DNA of 64,000 nucleotides from an uncultured Lentisphaerales bacterium. GTDB taxonomy: Bacteria > Verrucomicrobiota > Lentisphaeria > JABSQK01 > UBA12247. The translations under genes and the position numbers were made by a program. Where the stretch lies: contig CALSSJ010000017.1 in NCBI GenBank assembly GCA_943788985.1, forward strand, positions 64,001-128,000, given 5' to 3'. Below are positions 31,197-41,459 of the stretch, in pieces. The notes under the pieces were generated by a model, which saw only the letters and a list, made by a program, of their open reading frames with translations, did no database searches and was not told where the DNA came from. The first letter of the stretch is position 1. The number at the start of each line of letters is the position of its first letter.

Positions 31197-33521
31197 CTAT
31201 TCGGCGTTTTCCTGCCGCCAGACCCGAATCTCACGGAGGAAGGCGGGTAGCACGGTGCGGGAATTCTTGGCCCCGATGCCTTTGACGGCCATGCCTTCTT
31301 CTTTGGTCACCGGCGCTAGGTTTGCCAGCGCCTGCAGGGTGCCGTTGTTGAGGATTTTGAAGGCGGGCACGCCACGCTTGGCGGCCATCTCGTCTCGCAC
31401 CGTCCGCAGGCGCTCGTAGAGATCTGCGTGGTCTCCGGAGGTCGCTGGCGCTGGTGCGGACTCCGCAGGGGCGGATTCGACAACGCTGCTCGGAAAAACC
31501 ATCGGCACTCGCTTGCTGCGGGCCATGACCTCGCGGCCAAGCGGGGTGATGATCACCAGCGGATACTTGCTTTCGCCGTTGCGCTTGACGCAGCCTGAGC
31601 GCATGAGCACATCGAGAAGCTGGAGCACCTCGGCGCTGGAGCAGTCTACGGCCCCGTAGCCGGACAAGTGATGCAGGCCAGCATCGTATATCTCGCGACT
31701 CTGGGAGCCGGTCACGAACTGGGCAACACGGTTGCGCCCAAAGCGGCCACGCAGGGCCTCAACCCCGGTGAGGACGCGCACGATCAATTCTTCCTCGGCG
31801 GTAGTCGGCAGGCGGCTGCTGGCAGTAGTTTCGCCGCTGCAAAGGTCACAGGTTCGACAGCGCCATTCGCCGGGTTCCTGGCCAAAGTAGGAAATGAGGT
31901 AGCGTTGGCGGCAATCGTGGGTATGCGGATAGCGACAGACGATGTCGAGGCGATCGGTCTCGAGCTGGGCGCGGCGTTTCTCGTCTTCGAACGAGACGGC
32001 TAGGGTAGCCTCCTGTGGCTTTCGCAGGGTAATCCCGCGGCCGGAGAATGGCGGCAGCCAGACTAGCTCAGCGCCGTTGAGAGCGCGAATGACACGGCGC
32101 ACTTGGTCGCCGTCTAGCCCGGACAGACGCTCGAGGTCTTCGTAGGTGATGTCGACCCCAAGGCTAAGTTCATGGCCGTAACGTTGGAGTAGGATGTGCA
32201 TCATCCTGCCGCGCTGGGTGTCGGGCCTAGGGAACTTGCGCAAGGCTTCTTCGCGGGAGACTTGCATGCTTAGTTGCCCGCGGTTCTGGTGTCGGTTACC
32301 TCGCACGATATACTCGTACTTCTCGAGCACTTTTAAGGCAGCGCTGATTTGTTGATCGCCTTTCACATCAGGGATGACATCGGCGAGCAATGCCTGGGAT
32401 ACTTCAAGGTAGTTGGAGTTTTCCTGCATAGCCCGGGAGCGCAGTTCCTGGTAGACTCGGGTCACGACAAAGGGCGGCGGATTGCTCATCTCGATGAAGA
32501 ACTCATGAATCATGCGATCCTGCTGGGAGAAGAAGAGGATGCAGCGGGCATCCTCGCCATCTCGGCCGGCCCGACCAGCTTCCTGATAGTAGGCCTCGAG
32601 GCTGCCTGGGATATTGAAATGGATCACGCGGCGGACATCGGGACGGTCGATGCCCATGCCGAAGGCGTTGGTGGCCGCGACGACAGGACAGGCGTCATGA
32701 GTGAAGTGTTCTTGGGCCTGGGTGCGTTCATCGTCCGTCATTCCGGCGTGGTAGCGAATGCAGCCAAGTTCGGCACCAAGCAGGTCGATGACCTTGCGTG
32801 TGGCAGCGTAGATAATGGTGGGCGCCGGTTCCTCTGCCAGCATCTTCTGGATCTGCTTGATCTTGCGCTCCTGGCTGTTGGTCGGGAGGCAGGAAAAGGC
32901 AAGATTCGGCCGGGTGAAGCCAGTCACGAAGACGGACAGCTCTCGCCGTAGTTGGGTGGTAATGTCGGCACGCACCACTGGCGTGGCGGTCGCGGTAAAG
33001 GCGCAGACCTGCGCAATGTTCAGATCCTGCAGATGCTGCCCCATACGCATGTAATCTGGCCGAAAATCATGGCCCCACTGGCTGATACAATGGGCCTCAT
33101 CAATCACGGCCATGGATGGTGGATGGGTCTGCAGCAAACGCCGGAATGATTGGGAGCGAAACCGTTCCGGCGCAACATACAGCATCTTCACTTCATTGCG
33201 GGCAACACGCGCCATGGTCTCCTGCTGCTCAGTTGGAGACATGGTGCTGTTGATGAATGTGGCGGGGATGTTCTTGCGCAGCAGCCCGTCTACTTGATCC
33301 TTCATCAGCGAGATGAGCGGCGAAAAGATGAGGGCATAGCCGGGTTTCATCACGGCAGGGAGCTGATAACACAGGGATTTTCCGGCACCTGTCGGCATGA
33401 CCACGCACATCTCCTCGCCATGAAGGATGCGTGAGATGACTGCTTCCTGCCCTTCCAGAAACGCATCGTGCCCGAAGTATTGGGCGAGCGCGTCGAGTGG
33501 GCCATTGTCCTGCCCTTCCAC
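31197..33521 (-). CDS. recQ: RecQ family ATP-dependent DNA helicase (RQC and HRDC domains)
   Basis: MPTGAGKSLCYQ, DEAHCISQWGHDFRP, QEAGRAGRDG, Zn motif CR...CRTCDLC, C-terminal HRDC. Confidence 0.95.
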   Translation of the reverse strand: MEGQDNGPLDALAQYFGHDAFLEGQEAVISRILHGEEMCVVMPTGAGKSLCYQLPAVMKPGYALIFSPLISLMKDQVDGLLRKNIPATFINSTMSPTEQQETMARVARNEVKMLYVAPERFRSQSFRRLLQTHPPSMAVIDEAHCISQWGHDFRPDYMRMGQHLQDLNIAQVCAFTATATPVVRADITTQLRRELSVFVTGFTRPNLAFSCLPTNSQERKIKQIQKMLAEEPAPTIIYAATRKVIDLLGAELGCIRYHAGMTDDERTQAQEHFTHDACPVVAATNAFGMGIDRPDVRRVIHFNIPGSLEAYYQEAGRAGRDGEDARCILFFSQQDRMIHEFFIEMSNPPPFVVTRVYQELRSRAMQENSNYLEVSQALLADVIPDVKGDQQISAALKVLEKYEYIVRGNRHQNRGQLSMQVSREEALRKFPRPDTQRGRMMHILLQRYGHELSLGVDITYEDLERLSGLDGDQVRRVIRALNGAELVWLPPFSGRGITLRKPQEATLAVSFEDEKRRAQLETDRLDIVCRYPHTHDCRQRYLISYFGQEPGEWRCRTCDLCSGETTASSRLPTTAEEELIVRVLTGVEALRGRFGRNRVAQFVTGSQSREIYDAGLHHLSGYGAVDCSSAEVLQLLDVLMRSGCVKRNGESKYPLVIITPLGREVMARSKRVPMVFPSSVVESAPAESAPAPATSGDHADLYERLRTVRDEMAAKRGVPAFKILNNGTLQALANLAPVTKEEGMAVKGIGAKNSRTVLPAFLREIRVWRQENAE

Positions 33522-33524
33522 GTG

Positions 33525-34088
33525 TTACGTATCCTGCATGTACAGCTGCCGGTTTTCGTAGAAATAGGACCAGCCGGAATATGCGGTAAACGCGGCAACG
33601 CCGTAGAGCGTCCAGGTCCATGCCACTTGGCAGGTCTCGAGCGGCAGCCAGCCTACCCAAAGTGCGCCGCCGAAGACAAGCCCCAACATCTGACAGGTGG
33701 TCTTGGCCTTGCCGATGTTGTTCGCGGCCAGGGCGATATTTCGCTTGGCAGCAAGTGAGCGCAGCCCAGTCACGCCAAATTCTCTCGCAACAAGAACCAC
33801 AGCGATCCAAGCCGGACATAGCTCGTGTCCGACGAGCGTCACGTAGCTCCCAACCGTAAACACTTTATCCGCGAGGGGGTCGATCAACTTCCCAAAGTCG
33901 GTCACTAAATCGTACTTGCGGGCAATGTACCCATCCAAGATGTCGGTGAACCCGGCCACAATGGCCATGAGGTACGCGATCTTCCACCAGAGCAAATGCC
34001 CCTCGACCGACGCCGGAATCGCAGCAAGTCCCAAGAAGACACCGGTGGCAAGGAAACGGCTGACTGTCAGCTTATTAGGTAAGTTCAT
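33525..34088 (-). CDS. pgsA: CDP-diacylglycerol--glycerol-3-phosphate 3-phosphatidyltransferase
   Basis: MNLPNKLT; TDILDGYIARKYDLVTDFGKLIDPLADK. Confidence 0.95.
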   Translation of the reverse strand: MNLPNKLTVSRFLATGVFLGLAAIPASVEGHLLWWKIAYLMAIVAGFTDILDGYIARKYDLVTDFGKLIDPLADKVFTVGSYVTLVGHELCPAWIAVVLVAREFGVTGLRSLAAKRNIALAANNIGKAKTTCQMLGLVFGGALWVGWLPLETCQVAWTWTLYGVAAFTAYSGWSYFYENRQLYMQDT

Positions 34089-34265
34089 GGAAAAGGGTGG
34101 CGCGTCCAAGTGATTGAAACAGTACGGGTACAACTGCCCGCAATGCCTGCCATTCACGCAGCCACGACCCGCAGGAACGATTGGAAATCGGCGATCCTGG
34201 CAAACGCTCCTGATACCTGTTAGACTGCGCTATGACTTTTATGATTTCGCGCAGATTTGAGACCT

Positions 34266-34790
34266 ATGAATTAGCACTCTTTTCACGCCTTGGCGTTTGC
34301 CCTGATTTTGAGTCTTTCGGTGCACGCTGAATACACAGCCCGACCAGAAACCGAGCGAGAACTTCTAGACCTGTGCCTGGAAGAGCTCATGGATCTCAAG
34401 GTGACCACCGTCTCAAAGCGGTCCACACCGTTTTCGGATAGACCCGCGGCGGGTTTCGTTTTGACTCGTGCAGAGTTGATTCGCTTTAGCGTCTCGCAGA
34501 TAACAGATGCGCTGCGATTGGTTCCGAGCGTGCAGGTCGCGCGACTAGATTCGAAGAAGTGGGCGATCATGGCACGCGGGGGCGGAACTCTGCTCGCGAA
34601 TAAGATGCTGGTGATGATCGATGGGCGAAGTGTCTGCAATAAGATTTTCTCAGGCGTGCTGTGGCATAACCCCGATCTGCAGTTCGAGGACATTGAACGC
34701 ATTGAGGTGGTTCGCGGCCCGGTAAGCTCATCCTGTAGGCCAACGCTGTGAACGGAATTATCAACATCATTAACCGTCCAGCTCAGAGGC
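34266..34790 (+). pseudogene. TonB-dependent receptor plug-domain remnant
   Basis: LEELMDLKVTTVSK, NKMLVMIDGRSV and DIERIEVVRGP. Stop at codon 3; no beta-barrel. Confidence 0.8.
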
Positions 34791-34891
34791 GCTTGGCGGG
34801 GGCATCGAGCTCGCTGTGGGGAACGGGGCGGCGAACGGCCATCCGCGGCGTTGCATGCCGCGCACATGCCAAAATCTAACGTTAATTCCGC

Positions 34892-35270
34892 GTGGGCCCG
34901 ACGTACAGGTTCTCGTCTGATTTTAAGTATTTTCTCACAGTCACCGTTTTCTGTGCGGCCGTCTCCACGTTCGCGCAGGAGCCAGCGCCCGCAGGCCAGA
35001 GTCGTCTGCAGGCGATGATCGTGTATAACATCGCACGATCTGTAACCTGGCTGGCGGCAGACTCTCTGCCGAGGAATCGGTTTCGCATAACCGTGGTAGG
35101 TGGGACTGCCCATACCAGCGGGCTCTCGGCCCTGGCTTCGCGGAAAGTGATGGGCCTGCCAATCGAGGTTGTGGATGCCAAGGTCAATGCTCAGTCACCC
35201 GCGGACATGATCTACGTGGCCTCCGCTGCCCCGGTCTTGCAGCATAGCGTAGTCGGCAAGATCAGCGATC
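34892..35270 (+). pseudogene. YfiR/HmsC family remnant
   Basis: LQAMIVYNIARSVTW resembles the YfiR KAA(F/Y)xYNFxKFVxWP motif, in its usual position after the TonB receptor. Confidence 0.55.
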
Positions 35271-35334
35271 GACAAGTTTCCGCAGCGTTCCTATGTAAAG
35301 CCCTCCGTACGCGACCGAGGGACCGGGATTACGC

Positions 35335-35930
35335 GGACATCTCCGAGAGCATCTTCGAGCCGTTCTTCAAGACCAAGCCCTTAGGCTAGGGCACCGGTCG
35401 CGGGCTATCCGCTGTCTTTGGCATCGTCCCCCAAACCGGCGAGATTCTTGATGTGGAAACCCACGTGGGCCCGGGGACGTCCATTCACATCTACCTACCG
35501 GAATCTCGCAGCAGCAAAACCGATACGATCCAAACCAGCATCGAGGAAATGCCACAGCGCGGCGATGAAAAGGTCTTAATCGTCGAGGATGAAAGCAAAG
35601 TGCGCAAGATGGCCATGGACGTACTTTCCGGTTACGGCTACACCGTGCTCTCGGCAGGTTCAGGAGAGGAGGCACTCAATACTGCTCGCGGAAAAGGGGG
35701 GCGTAGATCTACCGCTAATGGATCGAGTGATGCCGGGCATCAACGGGCACGCGCTGAGCATCCGGGTTTGGGCAGTGTTTCTCAAATTTAAAGTTCTGTA
35801 CATGTCCGGCTAGGGCGGGGACACCTTGATTAGCTAGGGACCTAGAGGGGCGAGATGCTCAACAAGCCATTCGCGCCCAAAATACTGTTACGCAAAGTCC
35901 GAGAGATCCTGGAAAAGCCAGCCCGCACCA
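35335..35930 (+). pseudogene. Hybrid histidine kinase (HATPase end plus receiver) remnant
   Basis: IFEPFFKTK..G*GTG, VLIVEDE, VMPGING, VLYMSG* and NKPF; multiple in-frame stops. Confidence 0.8.
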
Positions 35931-35949
35931 TTACTTGGGGCGTGCGCAG

Positions 35950-36300
35950 TTAGAGATCTGCGACTTCCATGTCCGCAATCCAGACAATGGTGGCATCCTG
36001 ACTGGCGTCATTCATGATCAACACCGAAGCATGATCCACGTCCACTGTCAGTGACGCTACCTCAGTCGAGGCAGCTGCCGCCGGAACTGCTGGCCGCAGA
36101 AACAACGCTCCGGCGATCGCGACTGCTGCAAGCGAACTGGTCAAAAACCAGAGCCCGGCTCGCCCGCGGTGTACCATCGTCGCATCCTGATGCACTAGGG
36201 ACAAGCGAGCCCGCGCATCTTCCTGAAACGACTCCATATCCGGCATACGCTCGGTGACCGCTTCCGCCTTCAATCCGCGCTCTATTTGATTCCAATTCAA
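35950..36300 (-). CDS. Small single-TM protein, anti-sigma-like C-terminus
   Basis: GGAG RBS before TTG; TM helix; ends EVASL...SVLIM...ATIVWI. Confidence 0.55.
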   Translation of the reverse strand: MNWNQIERGLKAEAVTERMPDMESFQEDARARLSLVHQDATMVHRGRAGLWFLTSSLAAVAIAGALFLRPAVPAAAASTEVASLTVDVDHASVLIMNDASQDATIVWIADMEVADL

Positions 36301-36493
36301 AAGCTGGCTCCCTTGTGCTTTGCCTGCTAACCATACATCGTGTGCGAGCGTGAGACGAACCGCAATCACGGTCTATTCAACGTTTTCGGCAGATTTTTAA
36401 AAACTTCTTTGAGAACGTCTGCCCGGACCAATGTTGCAGGCAAGACTGTACCGCCCTATTGTACTGGCGACTCGCACTACAAAGGACCGCCCC

Positions 36494-38416
36494 ATGCACA
36501 CAGGTACTCGGCTGATTATAGGCGGCATTGCCATTGCGGCCATAGCCGTCGCCGCGCTCACAGCGAACGATGGCGAGGCACCCGATGCGAGCAAGGCTCA
36601 CCGGGAGCTCTGCATTCAGACTGCGGAGTCCGCAGCTGCACTACTCTCTCGGGCCGACCTCAAGGATGACCAGTTCGCTCAGCTGAGCAAAGCCATTGCT
36701 GCTGCCTTGGGGCAGCCTGATGCACAGCTTATGGTGATTGACCGCCAAGGTATCATCCTCAAAGGTGCAAATGGCGTCTCCGGCAAGCGAGTGTCAAGGA
36801 TGTACGAGTCGCTGAACGTCGACGACCTATATCTGGATTTTGGTGAATCGCGCGTCATCACTGGCGCGGGCTCAGACCTGCATGCCATCGGATTGGGGCG
36901 CGGGGCGACCGTTGTCCTCGCCGCGTCTCCTCCTGCTCCCAGACAAAACAGCAACAGCAGCAGGGGCCTGTTGCTGGTCGCCCTCGTCGCCACGCTAATT
37001 CTCTTGCTCGGTTCTTTGAAAGGAACTGGAAGCGGCGCCAACCTCGAGCCACTTCGCACCGCTGCCAGCCGTATTCTGCAAGGGAAAGTGGTGTCCCCGG
37101 TTACGGACAAGCCCGCGGGAACCGAAGTAATTGTCGATGCCTTCAATCTGCTCAACGAGCGCGCCCAGCAGAACGAGGAACTGGAGGAGCAACTGCTCCG
37201 CTCGCAGAAGATGGAAGTGGTGGGCACACTCGCGAGCGGCATTGCCCACGACTTCAACAACGTACTCGGCGGCATCAGTGGTGCGTTGGACCTGATCCGC
37301 AGCGAAATCACCACACCGGATGTCATGCCTGACACACATATCATTTCCAGCATGGCACGAGTAGCCGTGGACTGCGTGCAGCGCGGGCGCGAGACAGTGG
37401 ATCGCCTGCTCTCTTTTTCACGCAAAAACCAACAGCGCAAAGAGTGCGTAGACGTAAATGTGGTCATCCCCAGTGTCCGCAAGATGTGCGTGCATACCTT
37501 TGATACGCGGATTGAAATCATTGCCGAAACTGTCGAAGAAGACGCTCTCATTTGCGGGCACCGCAGCGATTTGGAGCAGGCCCTGCTAAACGTCTGCTTC
37601 AACGCGCGCGATGCGATGGATGGCTGTGGCAAGCTGATCCTCCGCGTCGCGGTTCAGGACGCAGACGAGTTGAGAACGCGCACCAGCCATCAACTGACTG
37701 CCAGACGCTACGTGATCATCCTCGTCCGTGACGATGGCAGCGGCATGAACAGTGAAACCATGGCAAGAATCTTCCAGCCGTTCTTCACCACCAAGGCCAA
37801 GGGCAAAGGCACTGGCCTTGGCTTGGCCAATGCCTACCGGATCATCGAGGATTCCGGTGGCTGGATCGACGTGCAGAGCAAAATCGGCGAAGGAACCTCA
37901 GTCTTCTTCTATCTCCCAGCGGAGTCGGTCGCCAAGGACCAGGCCATGCTAGTCGGCTCCTTCCCTGATCCAGTCCCTATTCCCGACGAACAAACGCAAC
38001 TGGGAATACCCGCGCCGGCTCCCGATACGCAACTAGGGAGCAAGCAGACAATTCTGATCATCGAAGACGATGGCATTCTGCGAGAGTTGACCGCTTCGCA
38101 CTTGGAAACACTGGGCTTCAATGTCATTTCTACCACGACTGGAGAAGAGGCACTTACTGCCTTTGACGATAATATTGGCTCAATCGACGGGATCCTGCTG
38201 GACCTGATTTTGCCGGGAATCTCCGGCGAGGACGTGTTTAAAAAAATTCACAAGGATTCTCCGGAGACAAGGTTTCTGGTGACGAGTGGCTCCAACAACG
38301 ATGACCTGATCACGGAAATGATCATCAATGGCTGCAAAGGCTTCCTGCCGAAGCCATATTCGCTGGATGAACTGTCAGCCTCAGTCACCAACGTATTGCT
38401 GGCAAATGGACGCTAA
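36494..38416 (+). CDS. Hybrid sensor histidine kinase/response regulator
   Basis: Two TM helices; [29 protein letters not shown]; receiver IIEDD...LDLILP...KPY. Confidence 0.94.
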   Translation: MHTGTRLIIGGIAIAAIAVAALTANDGEAPDASKAHRELCIQTAESAAALLSRADLKDDQFAQLSKAIAAALGQPDAQLMVIDRQGIILKGANGVSGKRVSRMYESLNVDDLYLDFGESRVITGAGSDLHAIGLGRGATVVLAASPPAPRQNSNSSRGLLLVALVATLILLLGSLKGTGSGANLEPLRTAASRILQGKVVSPVTDKPAGTEVIVDAFNLLNERAQQNEELEEQLLRSQKMEVVGTLASGIAHDFNNVLGGISGALDLIRSEITTPDVMPDTHIISSMARVAVDCVQRGRETVDRLLSFSRKNQQRKECVDVNVVIPSVRKMCVHTFDTRIEIIAETVEEDALICGHRSDLEQALLNVCFNARDAMDGCGKLILRVAVQDADELRTRTSHQLTARRYVIILVRDDGSGMNSETMARIFQPFFTTKAKGKGTGLGLANAYRIIEDSGGWIDVQSKIGEGTSVFFYLPAESVAKDQAMLVGSFPDPVPIPDEQTQLGIPAPAPDTQLGSKQTILIIEDDGILRELTASHLETLGFNVISTTTGEEALTAFDDNIGSIDGILLDLILPGISGEDVFKKIHKDSPETRFLVTSGSNNDDLITEMIINGCKGFLPKPYSLDELSASVTNVLLANGR

Positions 38417-39062
38417 GCTTCCTGGCTGCGTGCTGTTTGACCTCGACGGCACCCTGGCCCATACACTGCCAGATATCGCCGAAGCCGTGCGCCAGACCGT
38501 TTGCCGCCAGCGCCCCCCGCCGGATGACACCGTCGCCACCTGGATCGGCCACGGCGTGCAGCGTCTCGTGGAACGAGCACTCGCTGGTAAGATTGATGCC
38601 CCCGAAGATCCGCCCGGGCTGGAGGCCGCGCTTGACGCATTCGGCACCTTCTATGCCGCGCACGCCTGCGAACAATCCGCGCCATTCCCCGGCGCCCTCA
38701 CCTTGCTCCGCCAGCTGCGGGACTCTGGACGCAAGACAGGCTGCGTCACCAACAAGGGCAGATACTTCACCATCCCCATGCTGGAGGCATTCGAACTTGC
38801 CACGCTGCTCGACGTCGTAGTCTGCGGCGACGACCTACCCCAGCGTAAACCAGATCCTGCTCCGCTGTTCCATGCCTTAGACCTACTGGGAGAGAAAGAT
38901 TCCGTGTATATCGGTGATTCGCGAGCGGACTTTGATGCAGCCGCCAACGCCAAAATCCCATTCATTGGCGTCAGCTTTGGCTACGATCATGCGGCACCAC
39001 TGTCCCAAATCCCTGGGATCCATTTGCTGGATTCCTTCGCAGATCTGGCACGCCTGCTTTGA
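38406..39062 (+). CDS. gph: Phosphoglycolate phosphatase (HAD family)
   Basis: FDLDGTL, VTNK, KPDPAP and IGDS. Confidence 0.82.
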   Translation: MDAKLPGCVLFDLDGTLAHTLPDIAEAVRQTVCRQRPPPDDTVATWIGHGVQRLVERALAGKIDAPEDPPGLEAALDAFGTFYAAHACEQSAPFPGALTLLRQLRDSGRKTGCVTNKGRYFTIPMLEAFELATLLDVVVCGDDLPQRKPDPAPLFHALDLLGEKDSVYIGDSRADFDAAANAKIPFIGVSFGYDHAAPLSQIPGIHLLDSFADLARLL

Positions 39063-39850
39063 CTCCCATCGACTTCACCAAGATGCAGGGTGCTGGCAAT
39101 GACTTCGTGGTCATCGAGGATTGTGATGAGCAGCTTCAGCTCAGTGCTCAGCAGCTTCAATTCCTAGCAGATCGCCGCTGCGGAATCGGCTCAGACGGCA
39201 TTCTTCTGCTTCGTAAAGACGCCGATTTCGCCTACCGCATGGTGTTCTTTAATCCCGATGGTGGCCGGGCCGAAATGTGCGCGAATGGAGCGCGTTGTAT
39301 CGCCCGCTTTGCGGTCGAGCGCGGCCTGGCCCCCGAGAGCCACACCTTTCTCACAGACGCCGGTGTCCTCTCAGCCAACGTTGAGGGCGAGCGCGTTCAG
39401 CTCATCATGCCGCTGCCTTCCAGCGTCCAACTGCACCACACGCTCAGCTACGACGACCGCTCTCCCGTCCCAGTACACCTGGCCAATACCGGTGTGCCGC
39501 ACGCAGTGTACTTTGTCGCTGACGTGTCCGCGGTAGACCTTGCGGACATCGGCCCAGCGATCCGTTACCATCAGGACTTCAGCCCCACCGGGACCAACGC
39601 CAACGTCGCGGCCGCCGCTGATGGCGAGCTTCGCATTCGCACGTGGGAACGGGGCGTCGAAGCCGAAACACTGGCCTGCGGCACAGGCGTGACAGCTGCG
39701 GCTTGGCTCGCACGCGAGCTAGGCCTCGTTCACTTTCCCCTACGAGTCCACACGCAGGGCGGAGACGTCATTACCATCGCCGAAGATCACGGTCAAGTCA
39801 TTCACACTGGCCCCGCCGAAATTGCCTTCCGAGGCCAGATCTCCTTATGA
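39059..39850 (+). CDS. dapF: Diaminopimelate epimerase
   Basis: FTKMQGAGNDF, MCANGARC, TGVPHAV and ERGVEAETLACGTG. Confidence 0.96.
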   Translation: MTPIDFTKMQGAGNDFVVIEDCDEQLQLSAQQLQFLADRRCGIGSDGILLLRKDADFAYRMVFFNPDGGRAEMCANGARCIARFAVERGLAPESHTFLTDAGVLSANVEGERVQLIMPLPSSVQLHHTLSYDDRSPVPVHLANTGVPHAVYFVADVSAVDLADIGPAIRYHQDFSPTGTNANVAAAADGELRIRTWERGVEAETLACGTGVTAAAWLARELGLVHFPLRVHTQGGDVITIAEDHGQVIHTGPAEIAFRGQISL

Positions 39851-40866
39851 AGTTGCGAGGTCCGCAACTTGCCGTCCTGTTGGCCATCAGCGCCAGCGCG
39901 CAGACCCTTCACGAGCCGCTCGACGAATCGCTGCAGCGAGAAGGCCAGAGCGCGCTGGGACGTGGTGTCGCCTATCTGGTCAATGAGCAGAAGCGAAACG
40001 GTTCGTGGGGCGATGACCTCGGAGCCACAGCATTCTGCCTCTACGCCCTCGAGCTGTCTCGCGCTTCGGTCAAGAAATCGACAAAGGCGCTTGCCGCTGG
40101 CTTTGTCATTACTCGTGCTGCAAAACTAGACACCTTGGAGGTCGCCGACCGCGTTTATGCGGTCAGTGCCGCGATTTTGGCCTTGTCTGCCCACTCAGCG
40201 GAGAAACACGCGGGAGTTATCGCCACTCTCCACGACCAACTGCTGAAGTCACAGCCGCAGTTGTGGGCACGTCAGACCGCCACCTATGGCAACCAGGATC
40301 GGCATGCCTACATCACAGACGTTCACTGGGTGCTGGAGGCATGTGCGGCCGTCGAGCTTCCTGCCATAGTCTCTGGGCGCGCCGCACAATTTCTCAGCGA
40401 CTGTCAGATTATCGATGACTCACTCGGCGACAGCTTTACCGGAGCATTCGCCTACTCCCCATCAGCCCTCAAAAGCAAGCCCCCCCACCGCATCTGGGCT
40501 CAGGGCAGCTTCACCGCAGCTGGTATCAAGAGCCTACTCTTCTGCAATGTGCCCACGGACGATTCTCGGATTCAGCTGGGTCTGGAGTGGCTTGCCCGCT
40601 ATCCCAAGCCCGTAGAAAACCCGAAAGCCGGAAGTGCTGGCTACTACAGCTACCTGTATTTGCTCTCGACCATGAACAGGATGCTTCAGGCGCAGGCTGC
40701 GGTACCGGTCCGTCACCGCCACATGCAGAGAGCCATCTGCGAAGAAGTCTTGGCACGCCAGCGCGGCGCTGGAAACTGGGAAAGCGACAGCATTCTCTGG
40801 CGAGAAGGTGACCGCAACCTGTGCACCGCCTATGCGATCATCGCCCTCAGCCTCACCCTCGAGTAA
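39847..40866 (+). CDS. Exported prenyltransferase/squalene-oxidase-repeat protein
   Basis: Signal peptide; QW-like motifs EQKRNGSW and RQRGAGNW; C-terminal TAYAIIAL. Confidence 0.7.
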   Translation: MKLRGPQLAVLLAISASAQTLHEPLDESLQREGQSALGRGVAYLVNEQKRNGSWGDDLGATAFCLYALELSRASVKKSTKALAAGFVITRAAKLDTLEVADRVYAVSAAILALSAHSAEKHAGVIATLHDQLLKSQPQLWARQTATYGNQDRHAYITDVHWVLEACAAVELPAIVSGRAAQFLSDCQIIDDSLGDSFTGAFAYSPSALKSKPPHRIWAQGSFTAAGIKSLLFCNVPTDDSRIQLGLEWLARYPKPVENPKAGSAGYYSYLYLLSTMNRMLQAQAAVPVRHRHMQRAICEEVLARQRGAGNWESDSILWREGDRNLCTAYAIIALSLTLE

Positions 40867-41356
40867 CCAGATACGCTGCGAACTTCGCAACCCAGTCAAT
40901 CTGGTTCTCGGTATCGGGTACGGCCAAACCTCGTGCTTCGCTCATCCATTGAAACGCTTGCGCCGTATCGACGCCAAACGACACCATCAGAGACGTCGCG
41001 ATCATCGACGCACGACCAATCCCCATCCGGCAGTGAGCCACCACGGGCGTCCCACTCACGACAGCCACCTTCAGTGAATGGATAAACAGTGACCATTCTG
41101 GCATCGATGATGGGATCCCTATATCAGTGATCGGGAAGCGACGGAACTCAATGTCCTGTGCCTTGCAGAACCGCGCCTCGTCCTGAATATCGAGTTCCCG
41201 CATCTCGCTATCGGTAAGCGCAGAAGCGACGACTCCCACACCTGCAGTCTTCCAGGATACGACCTCATGCTCAAGCCAATCCCCGCCCCGCGGGCGCGCC
41301 ATGGTCCCAATTCGGCCATGCGGAAATTCTTTGAGCCAATAAATGTCAGCGATCAT
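40853..41356 (-). CDS. Protein-tyrosine/dual-specificity phosphatase
   Basis: CX5R motif HCRMGIGR; RPRGGDWL; VPDTENQ. Confidence 0.9.
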   Translation of the reverse strand: MIADIYWLKEFPHGRIGTMARPRGGDWLEHEVVSWKTAGVGVVASALTDSEMRELDIQDEARFCKAQDIEFRRFPITDIGIPSSMPEWSLFIHSLKVAVVSGTPVVAHCRMGIGRASMIATSLMVSFGVDTAQAFQWMSEARGLAVPDTENQIDWVAKFAAYLVTRG

Positions 41357-41387
41357 CGCTTACCTTCGTCAATGTCAACAGCAGACC

Positions 41388-41415
41388 GAAAGGATCGAAT
41401 CGAGTCGATCCTTTC
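41388..41415. terminator. Perfect 11-bp stem-loop between ydbH and the phosphatase gene
   Basis: GAAAGGATCGA-ATCGAG-TCGATCCTTTC; no clear U-tract. Confidence 0.45.
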
Positions 41416-41459
41416 AATGGCCCCATTCTTGAGTACTGGCTGGGAAGCATCTATACGTG

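Noticed and set aside
34271..34279. TTAGCACTC, a CIRCE half-site
   Set aside because: No GAGTGCTAA partner 9 bp downstream, and it is not upstream of chaperone genes.
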